NCBI RefSeq assembly: GCF_037042905.1
Contig: NC_087245.1
Span: forward strand, 6,512,001 to 6,576,000
DNA from: Lytechinus pictus
Lineage: Eukaryota
Length of the DNA stretch: 64,000 nt
Direction of reading: 5' to 3'
Shown: positions 15,101-29,500 of the stretch, in pieces
How positions within the stretch are numbered: the stretch's first letter is position 1
Layout of the letters: the number at the start of each line of letters is the position of its first letter
The notes under the pieces: model-generated
The model's database searches: none
Seen by the model: the letters and a program-made list of their open reading frames with translations, nothing else
What the model was told of the DNA's origin: nothing
Made by a program: the position numbers and the translations under genes

Positions 15101-17512
15101 GATATGATATGGGCAAATGTATCAAAATGTGCACAAAAATTTCAGGAAAAAGGTAATGATGCAAGAATCCAACATTGGAAGCAGCACCAAAGCAGTCATA
15201 AAAAATGCAGTACGGGTTAAACCTTATCATCATATATCATTTCTTTATATTTCATTTGTTTTTAATTGAAAGGGATTGATCCATGTTCAATCTTTATTTG
15301 TGATTAATGTCTTTCACATTTCAAGCAATTCTGATGATATCTCTAAATTAAGGACTTCTCATTGACTACATGTAGTACTATATTCTGGGGTATTTATCAA
15401 ATCAATTTGTTTTGATTACAGACAGAGAAAATGCCATGATAAGTGGCTGTCCAAGTACTCAGGATGTCAACACAGACATTGGTAATGCTACAGCTGTAGT
15501 TACCTGGACAACTCCTACAGCAACTGATAACTCTGGTAACCAGACACTGACATCCACTGCCAATCCTGGAGACTACTTCCCCATAGGAAACAACTCCGTG
15601 ACTTACTTTGCAACAGATGTGGCTGGAAATTCAGAAACATGCACCTTCATCATAGTTGTTTCTGGTGAGTTTTCGTTGTATACATTCCATCATTTTTTTC
15701 TTTTTAGTAAGCGTAGCACTAGATTTTTGAGAGGTAACATGTCTTATTTCTTGTCATCACTATCATAGACAATGAGAATCCAGTCATCAGTGGATGTCCT
15801 AGTGAACAGAATGTTACCACAGAGAGTGATAATAGCGCTACAGCTGTAGTAACCTGGACACCACCTACAGCAACAGATAACTCTGGTAATCAAACACTGA
15901 CATCCACTGCCAATCCTGGAGATTACTTTCCTATTGGAAACAACACAGTGAATTATACATCGACAGATCCATCAGGAAATACAGATGTATGCACTTTCTA
16001 TGTCATTGTCATTGGTAAGCATGCTCCTGTGAGGATTTCATTTTTTCTCTATCTGTATAATAATAATAATAGAGTATTTCTAAAGCGCCAAATCCACATT
16101 GATTATGTGCTCAAGGCGCTGAAATATACTTGGTATATTATTATTACCCCGGCTGTAGCTGAGCGGCCATATAGGCGCTAAAGCATTCAAGGAATAACTC
16201 CTACCGGGTACCCATTCACCTCACCTGGGTCGAGTGCAGCACAATGTGGATAAATTTCTTGTCGAAGGAAATAACGCCATGGCTGGGATTCGAACCCACG
16301 ACCCTCTGTTTTAAAGTCCGTAGACTAATCCACTGGGCCACAACGTTCCATGTGTGTCTGTCTCTCCAAGTTTTCTCTCATAGCTAATACTAATGGTGTC
16401 ATGGCTAACCTTCTACTGTACCTTTCCAACATATCCATGCTGTGTCTACAATAGTTGAAATAGGTTTATTTCATTTTCATCTTTAAGTTTGGAATGATAT
16501 TTGGATAATGTGAAGACATTAATAGTAATTGTAAACAAGGTAAGAGGGCTTATTTGAGGTGCAATTTAAATAATATTTTGAACTCCAGTGTAAGGCCGAT
16601 GATACCATATTTTCATAGGGCTACCATTCTTATTAAAACAGATTTCTAAGACAAAATATTTGCTTAAAAATGCTTTTAAACAAGACCATCATGAGAGCTG
16701 TGCACCATTATGATAATTTCCTTTTCTCTATTTGAAAAAATCAGACAATGAGAATCCAGTCATCAGTGGATGTCCCAGTGATCAGAATGTTACCACAGAC
16801 ATTGGTAATGCTACAGCTGTAGTAACCTGGACACCACCTACAGCAACAGATAACTCTGGTAACCAAACACTGACATCCACTGCCAATCCTGGAGATTACT
16901 TTCTTATTGGAAACAACACAGTTACTTACACATCAACAGATTCTGCTGTGAATATAGTAACATGTACTTTTGATGTATTTGTTTCAGGTAAGTATCATAA
17001 TAGACCTGAAGACACTTTCTTGTCCTAAAGTGGATGTTTGTTAACCTTAGAGCTTGTTCTAGTCTGTGTACCCATGTGTTAATTTTTGGATGTTTTTATT
17101 GGTTTATGTGGTTTAGACTAGTCTTGAGTTGACTTGGCGGTCCACCAGTGCTTACCCGAGACTGTCGGTCACCAGTGCAATTTCACGATTCAGTGTCACC
17201 AAAGACTAAGAATATCAACCACTTTCAGGCCTTTATTACCTTATCTAGATCTATATATTGAGTCTTACACATGATACAATATTTCTTAAGAATAAATCAA
17301 CCAAGTAAATCTATGAAAATGGTAGTACCTTAGGGGCGTTTCTCAATTGTCTTGCTTGAATTCATTGGCCCGAACCATGAAAATCCAAGTTGCATTCTAT
17401 TTTGTTAATAATTATACAGTGTAAGTACATGTATTTCTAATACGCACTTTGTAATGAATGATTACTCAAGGCACTACTTATAAAATAAACACAAACATTT
17501 GAAATTTTCATG

Positions 17513-17549
<37 letters not shown>

Positions 17550-20500
17550 TGCCATGTTAATGTTGGGCTTCCTTTTGTTGTATTGTGGTATTGTTGATCG
17601 CAATCAACTAGAAATTGCAATCGATTGATATTGTGGGAATCATGTAGTGGAGTAACTAAAAGTGGAAACAAACAAGCAGTACAAAATGGATACGCCCATA
17701 AGTATGCAACTTGGATTATAACAACTCGGGCCGATGAATTCAAGCAAGAAAAATGAGAAATCCTGCTCATGTTCTATTATTTTCATAGCTGCTACTCGGT
17801 TGATATATTGTTTAGAAATGTATGATAATGTGTAAGTCTTGATATATAGATCTTAATGATGAAATAATGCTCTGAAAAGTGGTTGATATTCAGTCTTTGG
17901 TGACAATGCATTTCTAATGTATTTCTTTATTTTGGCAATCTACCGGCCTCCTGAAAATCCTGGGTAGGCAACAGTAAAAAAAAACACCTGGATGACTCAG
18001 GCCTAATAAACTGTCTTGTTTTGTCTGTGGGTTTATTTTTTGTTCTGTCTTGGTACATTTTTATTTGTTAATACTTATTCCACTAATTTTCTGCTGTCAA
18101 TGTATTTTATTTTATGTACCTAATACCTTAATTCATTTATTGCTATGGTTGTATTTTCTTTGTTATGAAATTGAATAATTTTTTTTATTTAAAAAGATTT
18201 TAATATTTGATTGGTAAAAAAATTAATATCTTAAGTCAAAGCTAACTCTTTATAATGTCATTATTAGGTCTATATACATTATTTGTGTGTGTGTGTAAGG
18301 TGGGGGTCAGTTTCAAATTCCCCATAGGTTTCCCCATTTTACAGTACTGCATTGTTGTGTAATGAATCATCATATTGTGAAACAAAGTATTTTAAACAAA
18401 CAGAAACATTTCAGAAATTTGGGCTGTCATTATACTTACATTTATCTGAAGATAAGCGATCATTTAAAGGTATCCCTAATTATGTGTTTCATTGCTACTC
18501 TTTGAAATGTAATGGCTGAATAAAGAAACAAACTAACACGATGCATGTTGTCTACTATTTGCTTTTCATTTAAAGGTAAATGCTAGTTTTGGTAACGATA
18601 TCAAAATGAGTTCGTACAGAATCCAATGAAATGACCACCAAAGTGTATGTTTGTATAAATAAAACGCATGTGCCAAAGGATTCTGGAAGAAATTGTGTAA
18701 TTGCTGAGAAATCAGCAAATAAGCACAGGATTCGGGTAGAGCGTCGGGCCCGACGCTCAAAGCAATAATTATACACTGTCCCACGTGCGCTTATCTGTGT
18801 TGGGGAAGTTCAGTCTGAACATTTTTCAGCGTAGATTTCAAGATTTCACAAAGTTCAGTTTATGTAACTGTACCAGATCTAGATCCTCGATGATATACTG
18901 ACAATTAAGCCTGGTTTTACAGACTTTCTCATGAAATCAGTGTTTACTGCAACTACTGGAATTTCTCTATGCTTGTAAAAGATATGTAAAAAAAGACTTA
19001 TATTGATCTGTTTCAAATATCATCACTAAAGCTTTGAGCAAAAGTGGCTGATCTTAGCAGCACCAACTGGTTGCAAAATATTGTGATATAAATAGATGTG
19101 TAATTCTTTGTTTGAAATAACCCTATCCCTCTGGTTGTGGTCTTCTATCTTTTTATCTCCTTTTTTTCTTTGTTTTCACTGTAATTTTTGTGCAAATTGT
19201 TTCATTTGATTTCCTTTCTCTATTTTTACCTGTGGTAATGTCATAATTGCTATTTTTCACCAGGTTTAACTTTGGGTAGCATTATTTATTCCTCCACCCT
19301 GTGCTTTATTATATAAATACATATTTTGGGGTGAATTATAATTTAATTTTAGCTTTATTTGTTCATCATATGATTATATTTGTTTTTACCTCTTTTTGTT
19401 CTTTCAGTTTATGTATATCTATCTCACTGTTGTGCTACATACTTTTATCTCTGTATGTTTGTATGTCGGTCTTAGATGCTTTAATACCTGCCACTGGTGC
19501 AATTATTTGACAAATATCATTAGTTTACTCCATCTAAATACATGATGTCATCCTTGAGTGAAGGAATTTAATTTTTTCATCATTCAAAAATTGTTTTTTT
19601 GTATTGATTTTTTTAAAATTTGATAGCAGCTATCCAGTACCTTCAATTGTGAATTGTCACAGTAGTACTTTAGGTATTGCACCATCTTCTAATATAGACA
19701 ATCAATATTTGAGATTTTGATAACATCCAATTAAAGTATCAATGAAATTCTTTTGCAATAGAGTTCCTAAGAACAAAAGGGGGAAATAAAAAACCTGTTT
19801 TCTTGAAAATGTAGGAGGACATTTATTGTCAGGTGTTTTCTCTTGCCTCTGCATTTTGTATTGTTAGGCACGTGTCCAAATTGTGTTAAGAAATTTGAAT
19901 AAGTTGTAAAATATTGAGAGGTTTATGGTTTTAATTTTTCTACATTAGTGTATAAAAAGAGGTGATATTTGGTTCAAAATATAAATCATGTTAATGGATT
20001 CACAGTCAGCAGGCATTTAAAAAAAGGCTTTAATGCATGCTTTGATTCTACTTGACCCTTCTAAAACCTCCCAAGGAAAAGGGCCAGGAACTGATGGATT
20101 TTATTTTTTTTGTGAAAAGCATTAAATCAAAATCATAATTGATCATATCTTTTGTATCAAATCAGCAAACAAGTTCCTTGTATAAACTTTGTTTAAAAAT
20201 TCTTGCTTCTCTTTACAATTACTGCACTCAAGTTTACTACATTGTATTAATTTGACATCTTTTAAAAACTTTCTCAGTTGTAAATTTAGTGATAGTGACA
20301 TACATGTAGTTATAATGTCTGACGCCATTTCTCTTATAGACAATGAGAATCCAGTCATCAGTGGATGTCCCAGTGATCAGAATGTTACCACAGACATTGG
20401 TAATGCTACAGCTGTAGTAATCTGGACACCACCTACAGCAACAGATAACTCTGGTAACCAGACACTGACATCCACTGCCAATCCTGGAGATAACCTTCCT

Positions 20501-23500
20501 ATTGGAAACAACACAGTGACTTACACATCAACAGATTCTTATGGAAATGTAGAAATATGTTCTTTTCATGTAGTTGTGATAGGTAAGTGGTGTTTTCATG
20601 CTTAAAGACATACATGTATCACATTTTCCCTGTGATAATCATGGAACTTCCCTAATCCACCCTGAAACACTCGTCACCTGTACTTTTGAATCGTTATGAA
20701 GTCAGTGAATAAAGTATTACTTTGACGGGAGTGTAAATAAATTTTATTGAAGATATTTAAAAGAGTTGCCCCATGAAAGATGAACAGCTATTTATTTACA
20801 TCTCTGTATCGGTTAACTCTTCATGCATCTCGCTCGCATTAATGCACACCTGTAGACACGTTTTATTAGCAAATTTGCACAACCACATATTTCCCTTTTG
20901 ATGCCCCTTTGTCACATAGTTTAATGCATAGAACGCACCGAAGCCTGCCTACTATTTTCACTGAATACTACTGTACATGGAGCTTGTCCCGATCCATCAT
21001 TTTGGGCCTACTACAGGATGGGGGTTCTTGGATCCTGGTCATCCACTTTCAAAACCACTTGGTGGGAGAAACCTTCTTTACAAGTAACAAAAACAAAATA
21101 TATGCACTCCTCAGCAGACCCGGGAAGTTCATTAAAAAAAAAGAGTAAGAGTAGAAATTAATAGAACCCTGCTCACACACAATGCCATGGTCAGGTTCAT
21201 TGTTAGTAGTTCATGAGATTTTGGTATCAAGAGAATGTTTGTCTAATGAACTGAGTAGGTAAATTACTTCCTATCTGATATAGAATGCATAAATGTAATG
21301 CCTGTTGAATCACACCAGGTGGTCATTTCACTATGCAGTACATTCTCTAAATAAATGATAACACTAATCTGAATATTGTGCTTAAGACATACTTTGTAGG
21401 GGAAGGCGGGTTAAGATGAGCCATTTTATGCTTTTTGCTTGTTAGAACTGATATGATTAACAATCTTGAAGAAATAAGTACCTTGCCTTAAAATTTAATT
21501 ATTTGGAAATATTTTTTTACCTCGATATAACATTCTACCCCCACACTGAAAGTCACTGTCACCTTCAAATAAAAAAAGTCAACTTGCGCCACACATGCCC
21601 TACACACGGCTTATTATAATCACTTGGGACGCGGGTGGGTTCGCAATCACTCAGGTCGCGTTCAAAATCACTCTGGTTTTGGATTTTTTTCATTTCGATG
21701 CAATTTTTATCTCACCTGCATAGCAGAGTGAGACTACAGGCGCCTTTTTCCCGACGGCCGCGGCGGCGTCAACACCAAATCTTAACCTAAGGTTAAGTTT
21801 TTGAAATGACAGCATAAATATATGGACCTACTTCATGTAACTGGGATATAAGGTTAATCAAGTATTTATCCTGCTTGAGTTTCATGTCACATGAATAAGG
21901 TCAAAGGTCATTTAGGGTCAATGAACTTTGGCCAAATTGGGGTGTCTCTTGAATTACCATCATAACTTTGAAAGATTATGGATCTGATTCATGAAACTTG
22001 GACATAATAGTAATCAAGTATCACTGAACATCCTGTGCAAGTTTCAGGTCACATGAGTAAGGTCAAAGGTCATTTAGGGTCAATGAACTTTGGGCAAATT
22101 GGGGGTATTTGTTGATTTACCATCATATCTCTGTAAGTTTATGGATCTGATTCATGAAACTTGGACATAATAGTAATCAAGTATCACTGAACATCAAAAT
22201 AAATCAAAATCAAATAAAAAATCCTGTGCAAATTTTGGGTCACATAACCAATGTCAAAGGTCAATAAACGTAGTATTGTATCATTATATGAATAGTGTTT
22301 TTTTGTGAGTAGTTATTTTATAGTAGTTTTCAAAGTCAGCACTGCTGCTATATTGAATCGTGTGATGCAGGTGAGACAGCCAGAGGCATTCCACTTGTTT
22401 TTCTAACGGTGTCTTCAATGGGACAAACAAGCTGGGAAAATAAAATGAAATTAAAACTTACCCTAAGGCTCAACTTACCATGCCTTCCCCTACTTATCTA
22501 AGCACTTGCAGTTTTATTATTACCCTGGTCATCTGATTTAATTAGTTATTCCTGTACACAACATATGCACATCCTTCACTCCCTGGGGAGCATTCCAGCC
22601 TGTCACCATCGAGGTGCACACAATGCTTGACAATGACATTCACATCCTACCTTTATGTATCAGGCTCCTGATATACATGTATGGTATTGTAGCCACTGCT
22701 CTGTATTCTGCTGTTTGCATTCTTTCTGTTTTTCTTTCGCACTAATCATTGATAATTATATTTTTTTACTAGATTCATGTGACTTGAATCATTTTTCATG
22801 TGGCTTACCTGTGTGTTTGCCTAATGAGTGGCTCTGTGATGGTGTACCAGACTGTCCTGACAAAAGTGATGAAAATAATTGTAGTAGTTTACCAGGTAAG
22901 TATGCAAATAACTCCTATGAAATAAAAAGATATATTGAAAAGGATGATATGTTTCCATCATATAGCTATGTTATATAACAAAGCTAGAAATTAATTATTA
23001 GTTAAATATGGGAACAACCCCTGATATTTTAAGCACTCTAGACGGTTTATCATGTGTGTGTCCATGTTTTTATTTTTAGAATATGAGCTCATGAAGCTTA
23101 TATTTGCATTAATAATCTCTCTCTTTTTCTCTATCTCATACACAAAGTTTACTACCCCATTAATGATACAACATTTAATGAAATTGATTCAGCTGAAATT
23201 TGTGATTTTGTGATTATTTTTTCTTCTTGATGATTTTGATTGATGGTTTTAATAAAGAAACAACAAAACAAAACTGGAAAGTCAACACAAAGAAATAAAA
23301 AGATCAAAATTGCAAAGAGCTTTAAAATTTGTCAATGTGCTGTATAAATGCAATGCAATAATATTATTATTGTATTATTTTTATTGTTATCATCACATAA
23401 TAACTAATTATTTTCAGAAAGAATTGAGGTTTGAATCATGTGAGATTGAATCAGACTATTTTGCTTGGTGAATTTCATCACAATTATTTGGTTTTAAAAA

Positions 23501-26500
23501 TTAAGATTTTGGAGGAGAAGTATAAGCCCCTCTTCCCACACATAATGAAAGAGAAAAGGTTAAAAATGTAATGGTAATTAGGCCAATGATTAAGATTTAT
23601 TTATTTTCTTCCAACCAGCTGTGGTTAACTCACCAACCTGTGGACTCACTCCAGTAATCACATCTCGGATTGTTGGTGGGACTGATGCCCGTTATGGTCA
23701 GTGGCCTTGGATTGCTTCTCTCTCCATAAGGGTTAGAGACTTACCTTTTTATCATTTTTGTGGAGCTACTCTGATATCTGATCAGTGGGCTATGACAGCA
23801 GCACATTGTGTGCAGTAAGTACTTTTCTTATCTTTTGATTTTAATTGATCTACAGGGCGATCAGAATTTGCCCTAGATCCTGCTTCATCTTTAATTTATT
23901 TTTTTTTCATAAGGCTTTGCTACCAAAAATATGTAGTTTTGATTTGATAATCTTATTTTTGTAATTTTGTTATTGATTTAATAACAGTTAAGAAAAGATA
24001 ACATTCAATACAAAATTAGTTTAAGGACGTTCCACAGTTAAAATGAAATCCATGTCATTTTCACCAAAGTTTGCAGAGAATTGATTTAGCACCCAAGTAT
24101 CCCAAATATGTAAAAATTAGCATTAGTTCATGTGCTTGAATTTTTGCTATTTAGCTTTGAATTTCACTATATTGGACGTTCTCGAGAATTGTGCATTCAA
24201 AATAATTTGGGATCTTTAGACCCCTCAATATCACAACATTGCAGTTAAACCTCTATTACTAAGTCAAAATCCATGTAAGTTTCATCAAATTTTACAGTAT
24301 AGTTCAGAATGGTATACTGAAGATGGAGAACTTCTTCATGTTGATATTTATTTGTCCTTTTAAGACTGGCAGCACCTTAATTTCTTTGAAATAGTGTGAA
24401 AGAAGACAAAAACATGATCTCTAAAAGTTGAAATTTTTATAACAAATCTGAGAAGTGCAATAAATGCTGCACTTTATTCAAAATCCATGTCATTTTCACC
24501 AAAATTTGTAAACTAGTAGAGGAAGGTGTACTCAAGCAGTGTAAATATAAAGAAATAGGGGTTCATGAGCTTGTTTTTAAACTATCAACACTTTTTTTGG
24601 AGCAAGTGTGCTATTTTAAACACCAAAAATGCGCCAAAGGCTTTGCATCTATGTGTGGAAATTTTGCAAACCACTCTACCATTAATTTCAACTCGATGTC
24701 TGATATTCGTCATACTTTGCTGCACTTCACCATAAAGCATTCAGAAATTATAGTCTGTGGTCAATGGATTACTTTCAGCTAATAAGCTTCAATAGAATAA
24801 TACATCAGATCAGCAGTTACAATGCTTATGTGAAAAAAACAGCTGATACCTGTAACTGATTAATCACCTGTTCATCCATTGCGACGTCAATGCGCATATA
24901 TGCGCAGATCATGATGCGCACAAACATAACTGGGAAGTCCTTAAACTGCATTCAATTACAAACTGTTCTGATTCAACAATATTTAAAAATGTACTGTATG
25001 TATTTTAATCTACAGCCATTTGTTCATTCTTTGTTTTCCTATAATGTTCATTTCACATGTGATGTACACTTTTCTTATTTTTCTTTTATAGATATATGTG
25101 TCTAACAGTGCATGGTATATTTGTTTATACCAAAAGTGCAGTAAAGTATAATTACCATCAGAGCTTTGACGTTGTGTGTTCAATTGCAATCATTATGTAT
25201 CTGATTTTGTCTATTTTCATCAATTCACAGCCCACCTGTATTTGAGCTCATTGCTGATAAACTTCTTCTAGGTGACATTGATCTTTATGGTTCTGCAGCT
25301 ACCAGACAGTTAATAGATATTGAAGGTGTTTATGTACACCCAGCATTCAATGAGTTTGTTATTGACTACGATGTTGCGCTGATCAAGCTTTCAGCACCAG
25401 TTCAGTTAGGAGATTATATCAGTCCTGTCTGCTTAGAGACTTCTTCAGAAGAAAGCAGTTTATACAGTCAATGCATTTCTATTGGATGGGGATCCACTGT
25501 AAGCGGAGGTATGTGTCAGGTTACAATAGAACTATTTAATTTACCTTTTGAATGCATGTTCACCTGCTTCTTCTTATCAGCGAAGATTTATGATTACACC
25601 AACATTCAATAAGATTAGAAATATGTATATCAGAAAATCCTTGATTTGGAGATACTGGAAATCAACTTGCAGAATTTCAAACATTTTTTTTTTCATTAAT
25701 TCATTCATTCATTTATGTTATTGCAAAGATTTGAATTTAGCTAGATCAGAAGAAAAAGCAAAACAAACATTATTTCTCTGCAAATAAGATCCACAGGGGA
25801 TAAAATGTTTAGCTTACTAGTAGTTAATTTAGTAGTTTACTTTGAACCTGCTGGTCTATGCTTACTAGCTGTGAAAAAAGAATGTATGTGACATAAAATT
25901 CTTCATGTATACAAATATTTTGTTCAGTGATAGCCAGAAACATTGATTAATGTTGTTCACAACATTGACAAAAACAACAGTAATTGGACTACTGAGAAAG
26001 GGGATCGGAGGGGGATTAAATATATGAATCAAGGGTACCCTCAGAGTTGAGGGTAAAAGTGTATAATTTTACCAAATACAAATAAGAGACAAAAAGATGC
26101 TGAGATTTTGATTTTGAGGTCAACAAAGGTCAAGGTCACAGTGACATGTTTTCATCTCACCCTTCTGTAGTCCTTGTAAACCTGATAACTTTTAACTTAA
26201 CCTAGGCTCATATAATTTAGTGTGTATGAAACTATCATGGATCCCAGGAAGCCTATTGATGTTTAGGTCAAAAGGTAAAAGGTGAAGTCGCCACTTTCCA
26301 CTTTTCTTGCTTGATCAATAACTCCATTTTCTGCATTATAGGCGGGTGTATTATGTGCTTGTCCCAGTGACACTCTTGTTTGTAATTCTTAAGCCCCAGA
26401 TAGGGACGTCAAATTCCACAAGAAGATAGATGTAGGTTTTATAGATGGCCACAAGTTCATGCTTATCGATTTTAAAATTTCAAAATATTCTACCTATGAA

Positions 26501-29500
26501 CTCAGTGCAATTCAATGAGGATGTATAAATGCAAATTAATGGTATAATTTTTTTATTAGTTTTGAGGGACCTCCTATTAGGGATGAAAACCTTGAAGTAG
26601 AGAAAATATTTTTATCACATGGTTCACAAATGTATTCAATTTCCACATTATGATGCAAATGATTAAATGTGAATGTTTGTTCTTTTATCTGAGCAATCTA
26701 AGAAGAAGTGTCTTCTTCCATATTTAACTTTGAGATTACTTTTCTTATTTTTTTTTCACTTTTTCGTTTTGTTGATATTAGGGTCTTTATCACCATCACT
26801 GCAGGAGGCTACATTTAATCTCACAGAAATTGAAGAATGTAGAAACATTACAGGCGATGATGAATTGACTGAAAACCATATTTGTGCTTGGGACCCAAGA
26901 GGAGGGGTTTCAGTATGTCAAGTGAGTTTCCAAGTGAAACAGTTGATTGAATTCTTCATTATATTTTTCTCGCCCGCAAAGCAGAGCAAGATTATTAATG
27001 AAAATCCACATTATATTATTTGAAATATGTTGAAATCTGAAATAGAAATACTGAAATCTGAAATAGAAAAATGTTATTTTGCCCAATTGATCGTGGGCCT
27101 GGCAGCCACTATGTAGTCTTTTGTGAGACAGACGATCTAACAACTATACCAATACACCATTTTTTGTCTTGTCTGCATAGCATACCGAGACTATACAGAA
27201 TGTACATGTAGGTGCCGCTTTTCCGACTGCGCGAATAGGCATGGGTGCGATGGTGCGAGATTTTGCATTAGGTGAAAGAAAGATGCTCTATTCAACGAGG
27301 CGTTAGCCGAGTTAAATAGAACATCTCTTTAATAAACTGATGTATGTTTTGATTCATCCAGGAAAAGTCAAATTACGATGGAAAAAATAATCTATTTATC
27401 TGAACTTACTTGTTGAAGCAGAGGACAGTTTCACATCCGATCCAGGATGCTTCTTCGGCTCTTCTGAACTGGCGGGAAATCGTCGTTGCTGATTGGCACC
27501 GAAGCACCGTCGATGTTATTGTCTTGGATACGTCGAGGAGTTTTTTCGGATTGCAGGATTGTAAATCCGAGATAGGTTATGTCGTAATCCTCCTCCTTTG
27601 TTGAGAGATGAAGTGCTACAACAGTTGGAGAAAGGCGGCTTTATTGACAAATCTACTTACTTTAGTTTGTATCCTGACAATGACTTTCCATTTTATGGTC
27701 TACCAAAGATCCACAAGGAGGATATACCTTTGAGACCTATTGTGAGTAGCATTAGCACTATCACGTATAACATTGCCAATTTTCTTACATGTGTTCTCAG
27801 CCCTTTAGTGGGTTTATCGGAGCATAACATACTCAATTCTAAAGACTTCATTGAGAAGGTGCGGGACATCAAAGTTGAAGACGATGAGTGCATTGCCTCC
27901 TTTGATGTGTCCGCTCTTTTCACTAGCGTTCCTCCGAATAAGGCAGTAGAAACAGTTCGCAAGCGCCTTATTGACGACCTCAATTTAAGCTCAAGAACTA
28001 AACTTAGCCCGGATCAGCTTTGTCAACTTTTAGAACTCTGTCTATCCACCACTTACTACACCTATATCGGCAATTTCTACAAATAAAAGCATGGATGTGC
28101 CATGGGATCTCCCATTTCGCCAGTTCTTGCCAATTTGTACATGGAAGACTTTGAGAAATTTGCCCTGAGTTCTTTTCTCGGCATCCCACCTACCCACTGG
28201 TTTAGAAACGTGGACAATACTTGGGTCAAGATAAAGACTACGGACCTTGGTTTTATTTTTGATCACTTCAATAACTGTGATCCGTCTATTAAGTTCACAG
28301 TGGAAAGAGTCAAGGACAACCAACTCACGTTTTTGGATTGCCTCATTACCATCGAGGAAGACGGATCACTGAGCTAGTCAGTCTTTTTTTAAAAGACACC
28401 CACACAGATCAATACCTGTTGTTTGACTCTCATCATCCGCTCATCCACAAGTTGGGAGTAGTGAAGACATTGTTCCACAGAGCTTCATACATTCTTACTT
28501 CTGAGATAACCAAGGAGAAGGAACATAAACATCTCCGAGAGGCTCTACGTAAGTGTGGTTACCACGGGTGGACCATAGAGAAAGCCCTTCACCCGCGACG
28601 CCAACGTGAGAACAACCTTCCTCGACCGACTGAACAGGGGCATCGCTTCGGTGTCTCTGTCCCCTACGTCAGTAGACTTTCAGAGAAAATCCAGAGGATC
28701 CTGTCTTCTTGCCGCATCCTGATGTACTTCAAACCGACTAACACACTTAAGCAGAAATTAGTTCACCCGAAGGATAAAGTTCCCAAAGACAAGGAAAACA
28801 ACATTGTCTATGCTATCCAGTGCCAAGAGACAGGTTGCAGCGCTAATTATATTGGTGAAACCATGCAACCCCTCTTCAAGCGTTTGTATCAACATCGCAG
28901 ACCAGGCGAATCGGGATACGATTCTGCCGTATACTCCCACCTGAATACGTCTAAACACAACTTCAAAGATAAAGACGTTCTAATCCTAGACAAGGAACCT
29001 AGGTGGTTTGAGAGGGGGGTCCGTGAGGCAGTCTACGTCAACGCAGAGAACCCATCTCTCAACAAAGGAGGAGGATTACGACATAACCTCTCTCGGATTT
29101 ACAATCCTGTAATCCGAAAAATTCCTCGACGTCTCCAAGACAATAACATCGACGGTGCTTCGGTGCCAATCAGTAACGACGATTTCCCGCCAGTTCAGAA
29201 GAGCCGAAGAAGCATCCCGGATCGGACGTGAAACTGTCCTCTGCTTCAACAAGTAAGTCCAGATGAATAGATGTTTTTTCCATCGTAATAGAACGTCTCT
29301 TTCTTTCACCGAATGCAAAATCTCGCACTATTGCACAAATAAGAATATTTACTATTTGTGTTGTACAACGCCTCAGAAATTAGCGAGTTTCTCCCTGCAG
29401 TAATCTATGAAAATGGAGCAAAAAAATTGAAAGCGAAAAGTAAAATCCCACTAGCGCACATTACCTTGGTAGCATTGCGCATTTAGGCAGCAGGCTTATA

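Larger units (their letters stand above)
11309..16930 (+). repeat. Recent tandem duplications in the HYR array
   Basis: Offsets of 2,029 nt (exons 7/10 and 8/11) and about 2,830 nt (exons 9/13 and 10/14) with matching introns. Confidence 0.9.

Noticed and set aside
20030..20105. LINE ORF2 remnant (KGPGTDGF resembling KSPGPDG)
   Set aside because: A single short motif with no extendable frame is too weak to call.
2055..20582. Calling the locus hyalin or EBR1, or treating HYR ORFs as separate small genes
   Set aside because: The HYR units are spliced exons in frame with SEA, LDLa and protease exons. No TSP1 or ADAMTS modules are seen, so no gene symbol is justified.
27598..29231. Active retroelement or domesticated RT gene
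   Set aside because: In-frame stop at 28084, a frameshift near 28377, catalytic YVDD changed to NVDN, and 5' truncation.
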